Source of the DNA: a bacterium
GTDB lineage: Bacteria; UBA8248
Assembly (NCBI GenBank): GCA_965199855.1
Contig: OZ241326.1
Location: forward strand, 96,001 to 160,000
Reading direction: 5' to 3'
DNA length: 64,000 nt
Within the stretch, counting starts at the first letter, position 1. Every line of letters begins with the position of its first letter. Shown piece after piece: positions 7,884 to 17,417 of the stretch. Made by a program: the position numbers and the translations under genes. Below the pieces are notes generated by a model. The model was not told the origin of the DNA and made no database searches. It worked only from the letters and a program-made list of their open reading frames with translations.

Positions 7884-9161
7884 TCAGTCCTCCGGCGCCT
7901 CGTAGCGCGCCTCGCCCGCCGTGACGGTGCAGACGACGCGGGCGCGCGCGTCGAAGACGTCGCCCAAATCCGGCGCGCCCGCCCCCGGCGGGGGGCGCAG
8001 GACGCAGAAGTCGGCGGGCGCCCCGGGCGCCAAAACGCCCAGGTCATCGAAGCCCAGGGCGCGGGCGCCCGCGCGGGCGCACAGGTCGAGCAACTCTGCG
8101 TCCGTGAAGTCCGCCCCCGCCTCCCGGAGGGCGCGCGCCTCGTCCAGAATCGAGAGCGTGGGGCTGCTCGCCCGGCTGTCCGTCCCCAGGCAGAGCTCCA
8201 GCCCCGCCTCGCGCATTCCGTTCGCGTCGGCGAAGGGGTGGCCGAAGAAGCGCGCCGAGCGCGGGCAGAGGCAGACGCGCGTCCCGCTTCGCGCGAGAGC
8301 CTCCCAGTCCTCCGCGTTCGTCTGGTTCGCGTGGAAGGCGAGGGAGAGGCCGGCGAGCGCGCCCCCCGCCTCCAGGTGCGCGGCGGGGCGCAGGCCCGAG
8401 GGTCGAAACCCCTCCAGGGAGCCGTTCAGCGCGCGATGCGCCTCGGCGAGCGCGCCGCCGCCCGTCCGCAGGAACTCGGCCTCGTGCGGACTCTCCGCCA
8501 GGTGCGTCGCCGCGGGCCAGCCCCGCGCCCGCGCCGCGTCCGTCGCCGCGCGGTAGAGGGCGATCGAGGCGGTGTAGGGCGCGTGGGGGCTCAGGCCGCG
8601 GCGGAGGGCGCCGGGAAGCGGCCCGCGGTATTCGGGAAAGGCGTCCAGCGCCGCGAGCCTCCCCGCCAGAATCTCCTCCGCGCGCGCCGGGTCCAGCCCC
8701 AGCGCCTCGTGGAACACCACCCCGCGCATTCCGGCGTCGGCCAGCGCCGTCGCGCTCTCGCCCGAGGTCGAGACGTCGCCCACGCAGGTTACCCCCGCGG
8801 CCAGGCTCGCCGCCGCGCCGATTCGCGCGGACGCCAGAAACAGATGGGCGGGCCAGCCCCGCGTCTCCCGCACGAGCGAGACGATCCACTCCCCCATCGG
8901 CGCGGGGGGGCGGGCGAGGCCCGAGAGCTCGAGGTGGGCGTGGGCGTTGACGAGGCCGGGGAGCAGAATCGCGCGGCCGAAGTCGCGCTCGCGGGCGAGG
9001 GGGGCGTCCGGGCGGACGAAGCCCTCCTCGCCCGCCGCGAGAATCCTCCCCCCCGAGACGAGGAGCGCCCCGCGCCGGACGGGAGGCGACGCCACGGGAC
9101 ACGCCAGGTCAGCGAGCCACAGCTCCATGCCCTGCGGAGCGGGGGGCGGTTCCGTCGCCAA
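7884..9161 (-). CDS. Metal-dependent amidohydrolase, probable aminodeoxyfutalosine deaminase
   Basis: PGLVNAHAHLE, SPHAPY, HLAES..E, GTDS motifs; directly downstream of mqnC. Confidence 0.75.
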   Translation of the reverse strand: MATEPPPAPQGMELWLADLACPVASPPVRRGALLVSGGRILAAGEEGFVRPDAPLARERDFGRAILLPGLVNAHAHLELSGLARPPAPMGEWIVSLVRETRGWPAHLFLASARIGAAASLAAGVTCVGDVSTSGESATALADAGMRGVVFHEALGLDPARAEEILAGRLAALDAFPEYRGPLPGALRRGLSPHAPYTASIALYRAATDAARARGWPAATHLAESPHEAEFLRTGGGALAEAHRALNGSLEGFRPSGLRPAAHLEAGGALAGLSLAFHANQTNAEDWEALARSGTRVCLCPRSARFFGHPFADANGMREAGLELCLGTDSRASSPTLSILDEARALREAGADFTDAELLDLCARAGARALGFDDLGVLAPGAPADFCVLRPPPGAGAPDLGDVFDARARVVCTVTAGEARYEAPED

Positions 9162-9167
9162 GGGAGG

Positions 9168-10250
9168 CTAGTCGATCAGCTCGTAGAAGAAGTTGCGGCG
9201 CCGGGGGGCGAAGCCCGCGTTTCGCGCCATGCGGTGAAGGTCGGCCTCGTTCAGGGCGTAGGTGGTGCCGGCGGCGCTCACCACGTTCTCCTCCAGCATG
9301 GTGGAGCCCATGTCGTTGCAGCCGAAGCGCAGGGAGAGCTCGCCCACCTTCATCCCCTGCGTCACCCAGGAGGACTGGAAGTTCTCCACGTTGTCGAGAT
9401 ACAGGCGGCTGATCGCCAGGGTTCGCAGATACTCGGCGCTGCCCACCGTGGGCGCCCGCAGCGCCGCCGAGCCGTCGTTCTGGAACGTCCAGCAGACGTA
9501 GGCCGTGAAGCCGCCCGTCTCGTCCTGGAGGGCGCGCAGGCGATCCAGATGCTCGATGCGCTCCGCGTCCGTCTCCGCGTGGCCGAACATCATCGTGGCG
9601 GTGGAGCGAAGCCCCAGCCCGTGGGCGGCGCGCGTGACGTCGAGCCAGCCCTGCGCGTCCACCTTCAGCCGGGAGATTTTCCGGCGCACGCGGTCCACGA
9701 GAATCTCGCCGCCGCCGCCGGGCAGGGAGTCCAGCCCCGCGCAGCGCAGCCGCGCGAGGACGACGTCGTAGGGCATGTCCTCGAGCCGGGCGATGTGGTG
9801 AATCTCCGGCGGACTCAGGGCGTGCAGGTGGAGGTCGGGGAACTCCTCCTTCATCCAGGAGAAGAGCGTCTCATACCATTCGATCCGCAGGTCGGGGTGA
9901 TGCCCCCCCTGTAGGAGCACCTGCCTGCCGCCGGCGGCGTAGAGCTCCTCTATCTTCCGCCTTATCTCCTCCCGCGTCCGGACGTAGGCTTCGGGGTGCC
10001 CCCCCGGCGGGCGGTAGAACGCGCAGAACGAGCAATACACGTCGCACACGTTCGTGTAGTTGACGTTCCTGTCCACGCAGTAGGTGGCGAAGCCCTCCGG
10101 GTGCAGGCGGGCGCGCGCGTCGTCCGCCGCCGCGCCGAGCGCCGCCAGGTCCTCGCCCTCGAGCAGCGCCAGCCCCTCCTCGAAGGAGAGCCGCCCGCCG
10201 CCCGCCGCCTTCTCGAGCGCCTCGTGGAACGCCGCAGTCGCCGTGGTCAT
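9168..10250 (-). CDS. mqnC: Cyclic dehypoxanthinyl futalosine synthase (radical SAM)
   Basis: DRNVNYTNVCDVYCSFCAF, LLQGGHHP, QSSWVTQG, DMGSTMLEENVV. Confidence 0.92.
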   Translation of the reverse strand: MTTATAAFHEALEKAAGGGRLSFEEGLALLEGEDLAALGAAADDARARLHPEGFATYCVDRNVNYTNVCDVYCSFCAFYRPPGGHPEAYVRTREEIRRKIEELYAAGGRQVLLQGGHHPDLRIEWYETLFSWMKEEFPDLHLHALSPPEIHHIARLEDMPYDVVLARLRCAGLDSLPGGGGEILVDRVRRKISRLKVDAQGWLDVTRAAHGLGLRSTATMMFGHAETDAERIEHLDRLRALQDETGGFTAYVCWTFQNDGSAALRAPTVGSAEYLRTLAISRLYLDNVENFQSSWVTQGMKVGELSLRFGCNDMGSTMLEENVVSAAGTTYALNEADLHRMARNAGFAPRRRNFFYELID

Positions 10251-10308
10251 GGATTTTCCTCAACGAGAGCCCGGCCGCGCGCCATCATGCGCGAGCGCGC
10301 CCGAAGGG

Positions 10309-12060
10309 TCAAGACGCGGGGCGGGAGCGCCCCTGGCCCGGCGCGAGGTCGCGGGGGTCTTCGATGGCGCGGATGGTCAGCGGCGCGGCGCGGTTGCGCA
10401 GCGCGATCTCGCGCGTGGGAAAGGCGGAGGCGTCCACCCCGGCGCGCTCGGCGACCTCGGCGGAGATGACGAGGCGGCAGCCGTATTCCTTGGTCAGCTC
10501 CTGAAGGCGGCTGGCCGCGTTCACCGTGTCGCCCACCGCCGTCAGGTACTTCGCCACGCCCCGGCCCATCTGCCCCACCACGGTGGGGCCCGCGTGCACG
10601 CCGATGCCGACGCGGAGGGGCTGCTCCAGCTCCCCGGCGAGGGTTTCGCTCATCCCGTCCAGCGCGTCCACGATGGCGCGGGCCGCGGCGAGGGCGCGCC
10701 TGCACCCCTCCCCGGGGCCTTCCTCCACCCCGAAGAGCGCCATGACGCCGTCGCCCACGAACTGATTGATAACGCCCCCCTCCCGGGCAATGGCCTCGCC
10801 CATGACCTCAAAGTAGCAATTCAGGAAAAACACCACGTCGTAGGGGAGCTTCTTCTCGGAAATGCGCGTAAAGCCTCGCAGATCGGCGAACAGGACGGCG
10901 ATGCCGCGCTCCTCGCCCGAGGCGTAGCCCCTCTCGCCCAGGCCCTGCGCCGCGTCCGCCCGCGCGGGCAGCAGGAGCATCACCGAGACGTCCGTCTTCG
11001 GCCGCAGCTGGCACGCGAGGCGAACGCCGGGCGGCGCCTTGATGCGCTCCAGCACGCGGCGCTCCTCCGGCGCGGGGGGCGGCAGGGCGTCGGCCCCGCC
11101 CAGCACCCGCGCCCGGCAGGTGGAGCATCGCCCGCGTCCCCCGCATACGGATGCGTGGGGGACGCCGGCGGCGCGGCTCGCCTCCAGAAGGGTGGAACCC
11201 ACCGGGGCGGCGGCCTCGCGCCCGCCCGCGTAGGAGACGCGAAACGTCCTGCGCCTTCGCTCTCGGGCGCAGCGCGCCTCGCGCGCGAGCAACGTCAGGG
11301 CGAGAAGGCCCAGATAGCCCCACCAGAGCGCGTCGCGCGCCGCGTGGAGCGCCGCCCTCTCCGCGCGGTTCGGCCCCCTGTCGCGGATTCGCGTCTCGCG
11401 GAGCCGGTCGCGCTCCCGGGAGAGCCTCGCCGCCTCGCGTCCGCCCTGGCTGAAGCCCGCCAGCGAGAGGGCGGCGAGAAGCACGGCGGCGCAGAGGGCG
11501 GTCGGAAACCACCTTCCATACCAGGGCTTGAGCCGCAGCCAGTAGTGCAGGCCGACGCAGCCGTGCGTCCAGGCGACGATCAGGAAAGCCGCCTGCTTGA
11601 AGCCCACCTCCGGCGACCGCTCCCAGTAGAGGAACATCAGGCGCGTGTAGGAGTCCGCCGTCCCGAACCACTCGTAGGCCAGGCGCGTGCCCACGACGTG
11701 GGAGATCATGAACAGGGGAATCGAGAGGCCGAGAACGATCTGCGCCGCCTCCCACGGAGGCATCCGCAGGCTGCGCCGGCTGAACAGCGCGCAGAGCGTG
11801 AGCGCGGCGTGCAGAAAGAGCGAGCCGTAGAACAGCAGCGTGCCGACGCCGCTTCGCCAGAACCACAGAAACCAGCTTCTGCCCGCGTCCATCGCGTCGA
11901 GCGAGACCAGCCCCAGGGCGTGGTTCAGCAGATGGGCGGCGAGAAAGGCGAAAAGAACGCAACCCGTCCCGAGCCGCAACGTCCTGAGGCGGGAGGGCGC
12001 GGGGAGGCCGGCCGCGGGAGGACCGGAGGTCACAGGACGCGTCCCCGGCGGAGGATTCAC
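10309..12060 (-). CDS. Membrane class III adenylate/guanylate cyclase with 2Fe-2S ferredoxin domain (CyaC-like)
   Basis: N-terminal TM helices with His residues (HLLNH, LH, SHV, WTHG), CGGRGRCSTC..RLAC ferredoxin, LFADLRGFT, GDGVMA, GDTVNAASRL. Confidence 0.88.
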   Translation of the reverse strand: MNPPPGTRPVTSGPPAAGLPAPSRLRTLRLGTGCVLFAFLAAHLLNHALGLVSLDAMDAGRSWFLWFWRSGVGTLLFYGSLFLHAALTLCALFSRRSLRMPPWEAAQIVLGLSIPLFMISHVVGTRLAYEWFGTADSYTRLMFLYWERSPEVGFKQAAFLIVAWTHGCVGLHYWLRLKPWYGRWFPTALCAAVLLAALSLAGFSQGGREAARLSRERDRLRETRIRDRGPNRAERAALHAARDALWWGYLGLLALTLLAREARCARERRRRTFRVSYAGGREAAAPVGSTLLEASRAAGVPHASVCGGRGRCSTCRARVLGGADALPPPAPEERRVLERIKAPPGVRLACQLRPKTDVSVMLLLPARADAAQGLGERGYASGEERGIAVLFADLRGFTRISEKKLPYDVVFFLNCYFEVMGEAIAREGGVINQFVGDGVMALFGVEEGPGEGCRRALAAARAIVDALDGMSETLAGELEQPLRVGIGVHAGPTVVGQMGRGVAKYLTAVGDTVNAASRLQELTKEYGCRLVISAEVAERAGVDASAFPTREIALRNRAAPLTIRAIEDPRDLAPGQGRSRPAS

Positions 12061-12851
12061 GGGAGAGGGTTCGACTCCAGAAACTTTTCCATCTCGGCGA
12101 GGAAGGCTCCGGGCTGATCCTGGAAGACGCCGTGTCCCGCGTCGGGAATGACGGAGAGGCGGCAGTCGGGGACGCCGCTCATATACGCCTCAGCGAAGTC
12201 GAGCGGCCCCGCGTCGTTCTCGCCGTAGCACACCCAGGTGGGCGCGGTGACGGCGGACAATTCCGCCCGCAGGTCGGGCATTCCGAACAGCGCGCTCGCC
12301 GTATCCGCGAACGTCCGGGGCGTATTCTTCAGAAATCGCTCCCGATGCTCCCGCGCGCGCGGCCCCTCGCGCAGGCTTTCGGGAATCTCGCCCCGGCGCA
12401 GTTTGAACTCGAAGAGCGCCTCCATTCCTTTCGTCTCGGCCACGCGCAGCTGCGCCTCGAACATCTCCCGATACGCGCCCGAGGGCGGCCCGGCGGAAGA
12501 AGCGGAGAGCATGAGGCGATTCAGGCGCTCCGGATGCCGGATGGCGAGCATCGTCCCCGTTCTCCCGCCCATGCTCTGGCCGAGGTAGTCGGCGCGCTCG
12601 ATTCCCATGGCGTCGAGAAAGCCCAGCGCGTCGTCCGCGAACGTCCGTATGGCGTAAGGCCCCGCGGGTTTGTCCGAATCGCCGTGGCCGCGCAAATCGA
12701 TCGCCAGCGTCCTGAAGCGCGCCGCCAGACGCTCGATGATGGGCGCGAAGGCGAAATGCGAACCCTGAAACCCATGGACGAGAAGGAGCGGAGGCCCCTC
12801 GCCGCGCTCCTCGTAGTGAAGGTTCACGCCGCTCACCCGCGCTTTCGGCAA
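12057..12851 (-). CDS. Alpha/beta hydrolase
   Basis: LLVHG, DLRGHG, GQSMGG nucleophile elbow, GEND, AGH; TTG start at 12851. Confidence 0.85.
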   Translation of the reverse strand: MPKARVSGVNLHYEERGEGPPLLLVHGFQGSHFAFAPIIERLAARFRTLAIDLRGHGDSDKPAGPYAIRTFADDALGFLDAMGIERADYLGQSMGGRTGTMLAIRHPERLNRLMLSASSAGPPSGAYREMFEAQLRVAETKGMEALFEFKLRRGEIPESLREGPRAREHRERFLKNTPRTFADTASALFGMPDLRAELSAVTAPTWVCYGENDAGPLDFAEAYMSGVPDCRLSVIPDAGHGVFQDQPGAFLAEMEKFLESNPLP

Positions 12852-12885
12852 AGCCTGCTCCTTTTCTCGGCGAAGCGCCGAAGGC

Positions 12886-15171
12886 TCACGGCGCGAGGGC
12901 GGGCCGCGCCCCCCTGAGCTCCGGCGTCGCCTCCTCGTAGGCGCGCGCCACGCGCAGGACGTCCGCCTCCCGCCAGGGCGCGCCCGCGATCTGCAGGCCC
13001 ATGGGCATTCCGCAGGCGTCCCTGCCCATCGGCAGGACGAGGGCGGGAAAGCCCGTGGCGTTGTGCGGCGAGAGAAACGGCCGGTGGATATGGGCGTAGG
13101 GAACCCCTCTTCCGTTGACTTGCGCGACGAGGGTCTCGACGGGCGGGGCGGCGCAGGGCATGGCGGGCTGGAGGAGCGCGTCCGCCCCCTCGAAGAAGCG
13201 CGCCGCCTCGCGCCGGAGCAGGACGCGCTCGCGCATGGCGCGCGCGTAGTCGGCCATGGGGATTCGGAACGACCACTCCAGCCGCTCGCGCACGTCCTCC
13301 CCGTAGCCCCCGGGGTCGCGCTCGAAAAACGGCCTGTGGAACTCGGCGAACTCAGGGCCCGCGATGGAGGGAAACAGCGCCATGAGCCGCTCGTGACGCG
13401 CGAAGGAGACCTCCTCCACTTCGGCGCCCAGGGCGCGCAGCGCCTCCACCGCGCGCGCGAAGGCCGCCATGACCTCGGCGTCCGCCACCGCGCGCCCGTG
13501 GTAGTCCGGGCAGACGAGCAGGCGGCTTCCGCGCACGCCGTCCGAAAGCCCCGCGGCGAAGTCGGGGACGGGAGCGTCCCGCGACTTGGAGTCGGCCGGG
13601 TCAAAGCCCGCCATCGCCTGAAGCATGAGCGCGGCGTCCTCGACGGAGCGCGCGATGGGGCCCGCGTGGTCGAAGCTCGGGACGTTGGGACACACCCCCC
13701 GCAGGCTCACCCGGCCGTGGGTGGGCTTGAGCCCCACGACCCCGCACAGGACGGCGGGGTTGCGGATGGAGCCGCCCGTGTCCGTGCCGATCGCCATGGG
13801 CGCCAGGCCCGCCGCGCAGGCGGCGGCCGAGCCGCCGCTCGAGCCGCCCGCGATGCGATCGAGCCGCCAGGGGTTTCGCGTCGCACCGTAGTGGGGGTTG
13901 ATGGTCGTCGAGGCGGCCGCGAACTCGTGCGTGTTCGTCTTGCCCAGCAGGACGGCGCCCGCCCGCCCGAGCCGCCGGACGACCTCCGCGTCCTCGCGCG
14001 GGACGTTCTCCCGATGAAACGAGGAGCCGTTCGTGGTGAGGACGCCCGCCGTGTCCACGATGTCCTTGGCGGCGAAGGGGACGCCGTGCAGCGCGCCGCG
14101 CCAGCCCCCCTTCATGACTTCCGCCTCGGCGGCGCGCGCCTCCTCCATCGCGCGCTCGGCGGCGACCGTCTGGCAGGCGAAGACGGCGGGGTTCACCGCC
14201 TCTATCCGGCGCAGATGCGCCTCCGCCACCTCGACCGGGGAGACCTCCTTCGTCCGGATCGCCCGCGCGAGCCCGGCGACGCCCGAGAAGCAGAGGTCGT
14301 CGTCCGCCCCGCCCGCGGCCTCCTCCTTCCGCCCCTCCGCCTCCCGGACTTCCACCCGGCGCGCAGGCTCGCCCACGCGCCGCGCCTCCCAGCCCGCGGG
14401 CGCCAGGCCGTCCTCGACCAGAAAGGCGTAGTAGCGGCCGAGACCTTCCAGCTCCTCCTCTCCTACGTCGTAGCGGACGCGCTCGGTGAGGTAGCGCCGC
14501 GCCGCGTCCTCATCCACGCCCGGCGGAAGGGGCCCGGTGAGTATCTCCTCCATGCGCGCCGCGCCCGCCTCCTTCGCGCCCCGCAGAAGCGCCGCGCTTT
14601 CGGCGTCCCCCGCCCCCGGCCGGAACACCCAGAGCGCATAGACGAAGGGAAGCCCCGTGAAGTCGCTCCACTCCTCGCCCAGGTCGAGGACGTAGTGCGC
14701 CCCCGGCGGCTCCCGCAGGGCGTTGTCCCCGATGAGGAGGAAGGCGTCGAGCGCCTCGTCCTCCCGGGGCGGGGCGAGCGGATCGATGGGAACGAACTCG
14801 GGACTCGCCCCCCACCTGCGCCTGAGATAGACGCGCGCCATGTTCGCCGCCGCGAGCGACCAGCTGTCCAGCCCCACGCGGCGCAGGGCGTCCGCCGGCT
14901 TCCGGCAGTAGAGGCGGATGCTCTCCACGGCCCCCCGGCTCGCGATGCCCACGCCGGGGACGAAGCGCGCCCCCGGCGTCTCGAACAGGGCGAACGAGGA
15001 GACGAGGGCGCCCTCCAGCTCGCCGCGAGCGAGCATCCGCGCCAGCTTCGAGGGGGGTTCGACGATCAGCTCGACCCGCGGCTCGCTCTCCAGCGCGATG
15101 GTGAGCGGCCGCGCGTTCAGGAAGGGGACGGTGCCGAGCCGCACGGCCTCGCTCAGGCGTGAACGGCCCAT
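12886..15171 (-). CDS. mqnA: Chorismate dehydratase MqnA fused to an amidase-signature (GatA-like) domain
   Basis: N-terminal LGTVPFLNARPL, LLIGDNAL, DLGEEW..TGLPFVYALW (MqnA); C-terminal AKD, GGSSGGSAA, GTDTGGSIR (amidase triad); no stop between them. Confidence 0.85.
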   Translation of the reverse strand: MGRSRLSEAVRLGTVPFLNARPLTIALESEPRVELIVEPPSKLARMLARGELEGALVSSFALFETPGARFVPGVGIASRGAVESIRLYCRKPADALRRVGLDSWSLAAANMARVYLRRRWGASPEFVPIDPLAPPREDEALDAFLLIGDNALREPPGAHYVLDLGEEWSDFTGLPFVYALWVFRPGAGDAESAALLRGAKEAGAARMEEILTGPLPPGVDEDAARRYLTERVRYDVGEEELEGLGRYYAFLVEDGLAPAGWEARRVGEPARRVEVREAEGRKEEAAGGADDDLCFSGVAGLARAIRTKEVSPVEVAEAHLRRIEAVNPAVFACQTVAAERAMEEARAAEAEVMKGGWRGALHGVPFAAKDIVDTAGVLTTNGSSFHRENVPREDAEVVRRLGRAGAVLLGKTNTHEFAAASTTINPHYGATRNPWRLDRIAGGSSGGSAAACAAGLAPMAIGTDTGGSIRNPAVLCGVVGLKPTHGRVSLRGVCPNVPSFDHAGPIARSVEDAALMLQAMAGFDPADSKSRDAPVPDFAAGLSDGVRGSRLLVCPDYHGRAVADAEVMAAFARAVEALRALGAEVEEVSFARHERLMALFPSIAGPEFAEFHRPFFERDPGGYGEDVRERLEWSFRIPMADYARAMRERVLLRREAARFFEGADALLQPAMPCAAPPVETLVAQVNGRGVPYAHIHRPFLSPHNATGFPALVLPMGRDACGMPMGLQIAGAPWREADVLRVARAYEEATPELRGARPALAP

Positions 15172-16292
15172 TGCTCTCCCTGGCGGACGACTTCGCGGTA
15201 GAGCGTGTCGCGCTCGACGGGTTCGCGCCCCGCCTCGCGGATGAGGCCGCGAATGTCGCTCACCGTGAGCTCGCGCGGCGTCTTCGCGCCCGCCATGTGG
15301 TAGATCTTCTCCTGTACGACGGTGCCGTCCAGGTCGTCCACGCCGTAGCGCTGGGAGATTTGCGCGATGGGCTGGCCCACCATGATCCAGTAGGCCTTGA
15401 CGTGGGGAACGTTGTCGAGCAGGAGGCGGGCCGCGGCGTAGTTCCTGAGGTCGAGAATTCCGCCCGCCGGGGGAACGTCCTCCATCTGCGTGTTCTCGGG
15501 ATGGAACGCCAGGGGGATGAAGGTGGTGAACCCGCCCGTCTCGTCCTGAAGCGCGCGCAGCCTGAGCATGTGATCCACGCGATCCTCGTTCGACTCCACG
15601 TGCCCGTAGAGCATGGTGCAGGTGCTTCGGATGCCCTTGCCGTGGGCGACGCGGTGGATGTGGAGCCAGTCCTCCGCCGAGTGCTTGCCCCTGCAGATTT
15701 TCGAGCGCGTGGGCTCGGCGAAGATTTCCGCCCCCCCGCCCGTGAGCGAGCCCAGGCCGGCGCGCACGAGGCGTTCGAGCGTCTCCTCGACGCTCGTCCC
15801 GGCGACGCGGTCGGCGAGCCAGCGAATCTCCGTCGCCGTGAAGACCTTGAGGTGCAGCCGGGGGTGCATCTCCTTGATGCCCCGGATCATTTCGAGATAG
15901 TAGTCGAAGGGCAGGTCCGGGTGGAGGCCGCCCACCATGTGGAACTCGGTGCGGCCGCGGCCCAGGGTCTCCGCCATCCTGAAGATCTCATCGAGCGAAT
16001 GGGCGTAGGCGTCCTTCTGGCCCTCCTTCTTGCCGAAGGCGCAGAACTTGCACGCCTTCCACAGCACGCAGACGTTGGAGTAGTTGATGTGGCTGTTCAC
16101 GTTGTAGTAGGTGCGGTCGCCGTGCAGCCGCTCGCGCGCGAGGTTCGCCATCCAGCCGACGGCGTTCACGTCCTCCGCCTCGTAGAGGCGGACGCCCTCC
16201 TCGAAGGAAAGGCGCTCTCCCGCCTCCACCTTTTCGAGAACGTCGCCCAGCGGCCCCCTGAGGACGCGGGCGCGCATGAAGTCCCCGCTCAC
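15153..16292 (-). CDS. mqnE: Aminofutalosine synthase (radical SAM)
   Basis: HINYSNVC..CKFCAF, HMVGGLHP, FIPLAFHPENT, HVKAYW, EKIYHMAGA; GTG start with GAGGTG SD. Confidence 0.92.
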   Translation of the reverse strand: MSGDFMRARVLRGPLGDVLEKVEAGERLSFEEGVRLYEAEDVNAVGWMANLARERLHGDRTYYNVNSHINYSNVCVLWKACKFCAFGKKEGQKDAYAHSLDEIFRMAETLGRGRTEFHMVGGLHPDLPFDYYLEMIRGIKEMHPRLHLKVFTATEIRWLADRVAGTSVEETLERLVRAGLGSLTGGGAEIFAEPTRSKICRGKHSAEDWLHIHRVAHGKGIRSTCTMLYGHVESNEDRVDHMLRLRALQDETGGFTTFIPLAFHPENTQMEDVPPAGGILDLRNYAAARLLLDNVPHVKAYWIMVGQPIAQISQRYGVDDLDGTVVQEKIYHMAGAKTPRELTVSDIRGLIREAGREPVERDTLYREVVRQGEQWAVHA

Positions 16293-16428
16293 GGCTTCAC
16301 CTCGCTCTCCATCATTCCGCCGGGGCGCCCCGCGCGACGGGCCGCCCGCGCAAAGACGCATTCTGGAAGCGCGGGGAGGGGTTGTCAACGCCGGCCCCTC
16401 CGCGCGCCCGTCTCCGCCCGCCGCGGCG

Positions 16429-17289
16429 TCATTCGCCGAAGAGGTATTTGACGCCGAGGGTCAGGGAATAGTGGTCCATGCCGCTGATTTCGGTGACGCT
16501 CTTGATGCCGGGAGCCGGGTGTTCGGCGTAGCCGCCCGCGTCCTCCATGTCATCCACCATGCCGTAGGAGAGCTTGAGCCCCAGCAGAAAGCGCTCGCTC
16601 ACGCGGTAGTCCAGGCCCGCGTGGAGATGCGTGGAGAGGACGGAGTCCTTGAGGTCGACGTCCTGCCGCGCGTCGTAGCGCTCGGGAGAGGCGCAGTCCG
16701 GCGCGGAGTTCGCGCACGAATACCGGGCCTCGAAGCGCACCCCGGAGAGCTTGACGAAGGAGACGCCCAGACCGGCGCCCAGGTAGGGCGTGAAGCGGCT
16801 CCCGGACAGCGCGAAGTCGTGATAGACCCCGAGCGCCAGGGTGCGCGTCTCGAGCCGATCCGCGTCGACCCGCGTGGCGCTCGCGTAGCCGCTCGCCGGG
16901 TTGACGGCGAGGGGGGCGCCGTCCAGGTAGGAGATGCTGGAGAATTTCTGCTTGACCTTGTTCCTGCGCTCGCTCAGCGACAATTCCAGACGCCAGCGTC
17001 CGAACACGCGGCCGACCGCGACCTCGAACGCGGCGGCGCTCTCCGGGTCGAGATCGTAGAGCCAGCGAAAGCCCTTGTCCGCGCCGGCGGAGCAGCCGAG
17101 GTCCGGGTAGCAGGTGGGGTCGTCGTTGCGGCCCGCCTGCTCCATGCCCGAGACCCGGCTCGCCCCGACGCTCGCGCCCACGTACCACCCGGAGCGGGCG
17201 TCCTCCGCGGCCGCGCCGGAAGCGGCGAGGACGGCGCACGCTCCCAGCGCGGCGCCCAGAACGCGCAGTCTCTCCCATGAGCGCCGCAT
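16429..17289 (-). CDS. Outer-membrane beta-barrel protein (Opa/P44-like)
   Basis: Signal peptide, GWYVGASVG, WRLELS, TPYLGAGLG, C-terminal LGVKYLF. Confidence 0.8.
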   Translation of the reverse strand: MRRSWERLRVLGAALGACAVLAASGAAAEDARSGWYVGASVGASRVSGMEQAGRNDDPTCYPDLGCSAGADKGFRWLYDLDPESAAAFEVAVGRVFGRWRLELSLSERRNKVKQKFSSISYLDGAPLAVNPASGYASATRVDADRLETRTLALGVYHDFALSGSRFTPYLGAGLGVSFVKLSGVRFEARYSCANSAPDCASPERYDARQDVDLKDSVLSTHLHAGLDYRVSERFLLGLKLSYGMVDDMEDAGGYAEHPAPGIKSVTEISGMDHYSLTLGVKYLFGE

Positions 17290-17417
17290 CTCTCGCCTCC
17301 CCTTTTCGGTTCGCGCGGGCTTTCCCTGATTCCGCCGGGGCGTCCCGCTCATCGGCCGCACGCGGCGAAGGCGCATTCTGAGAGCGCGGCGCGGGACGTC
17401 CACGCGGGGGGAGCGCG

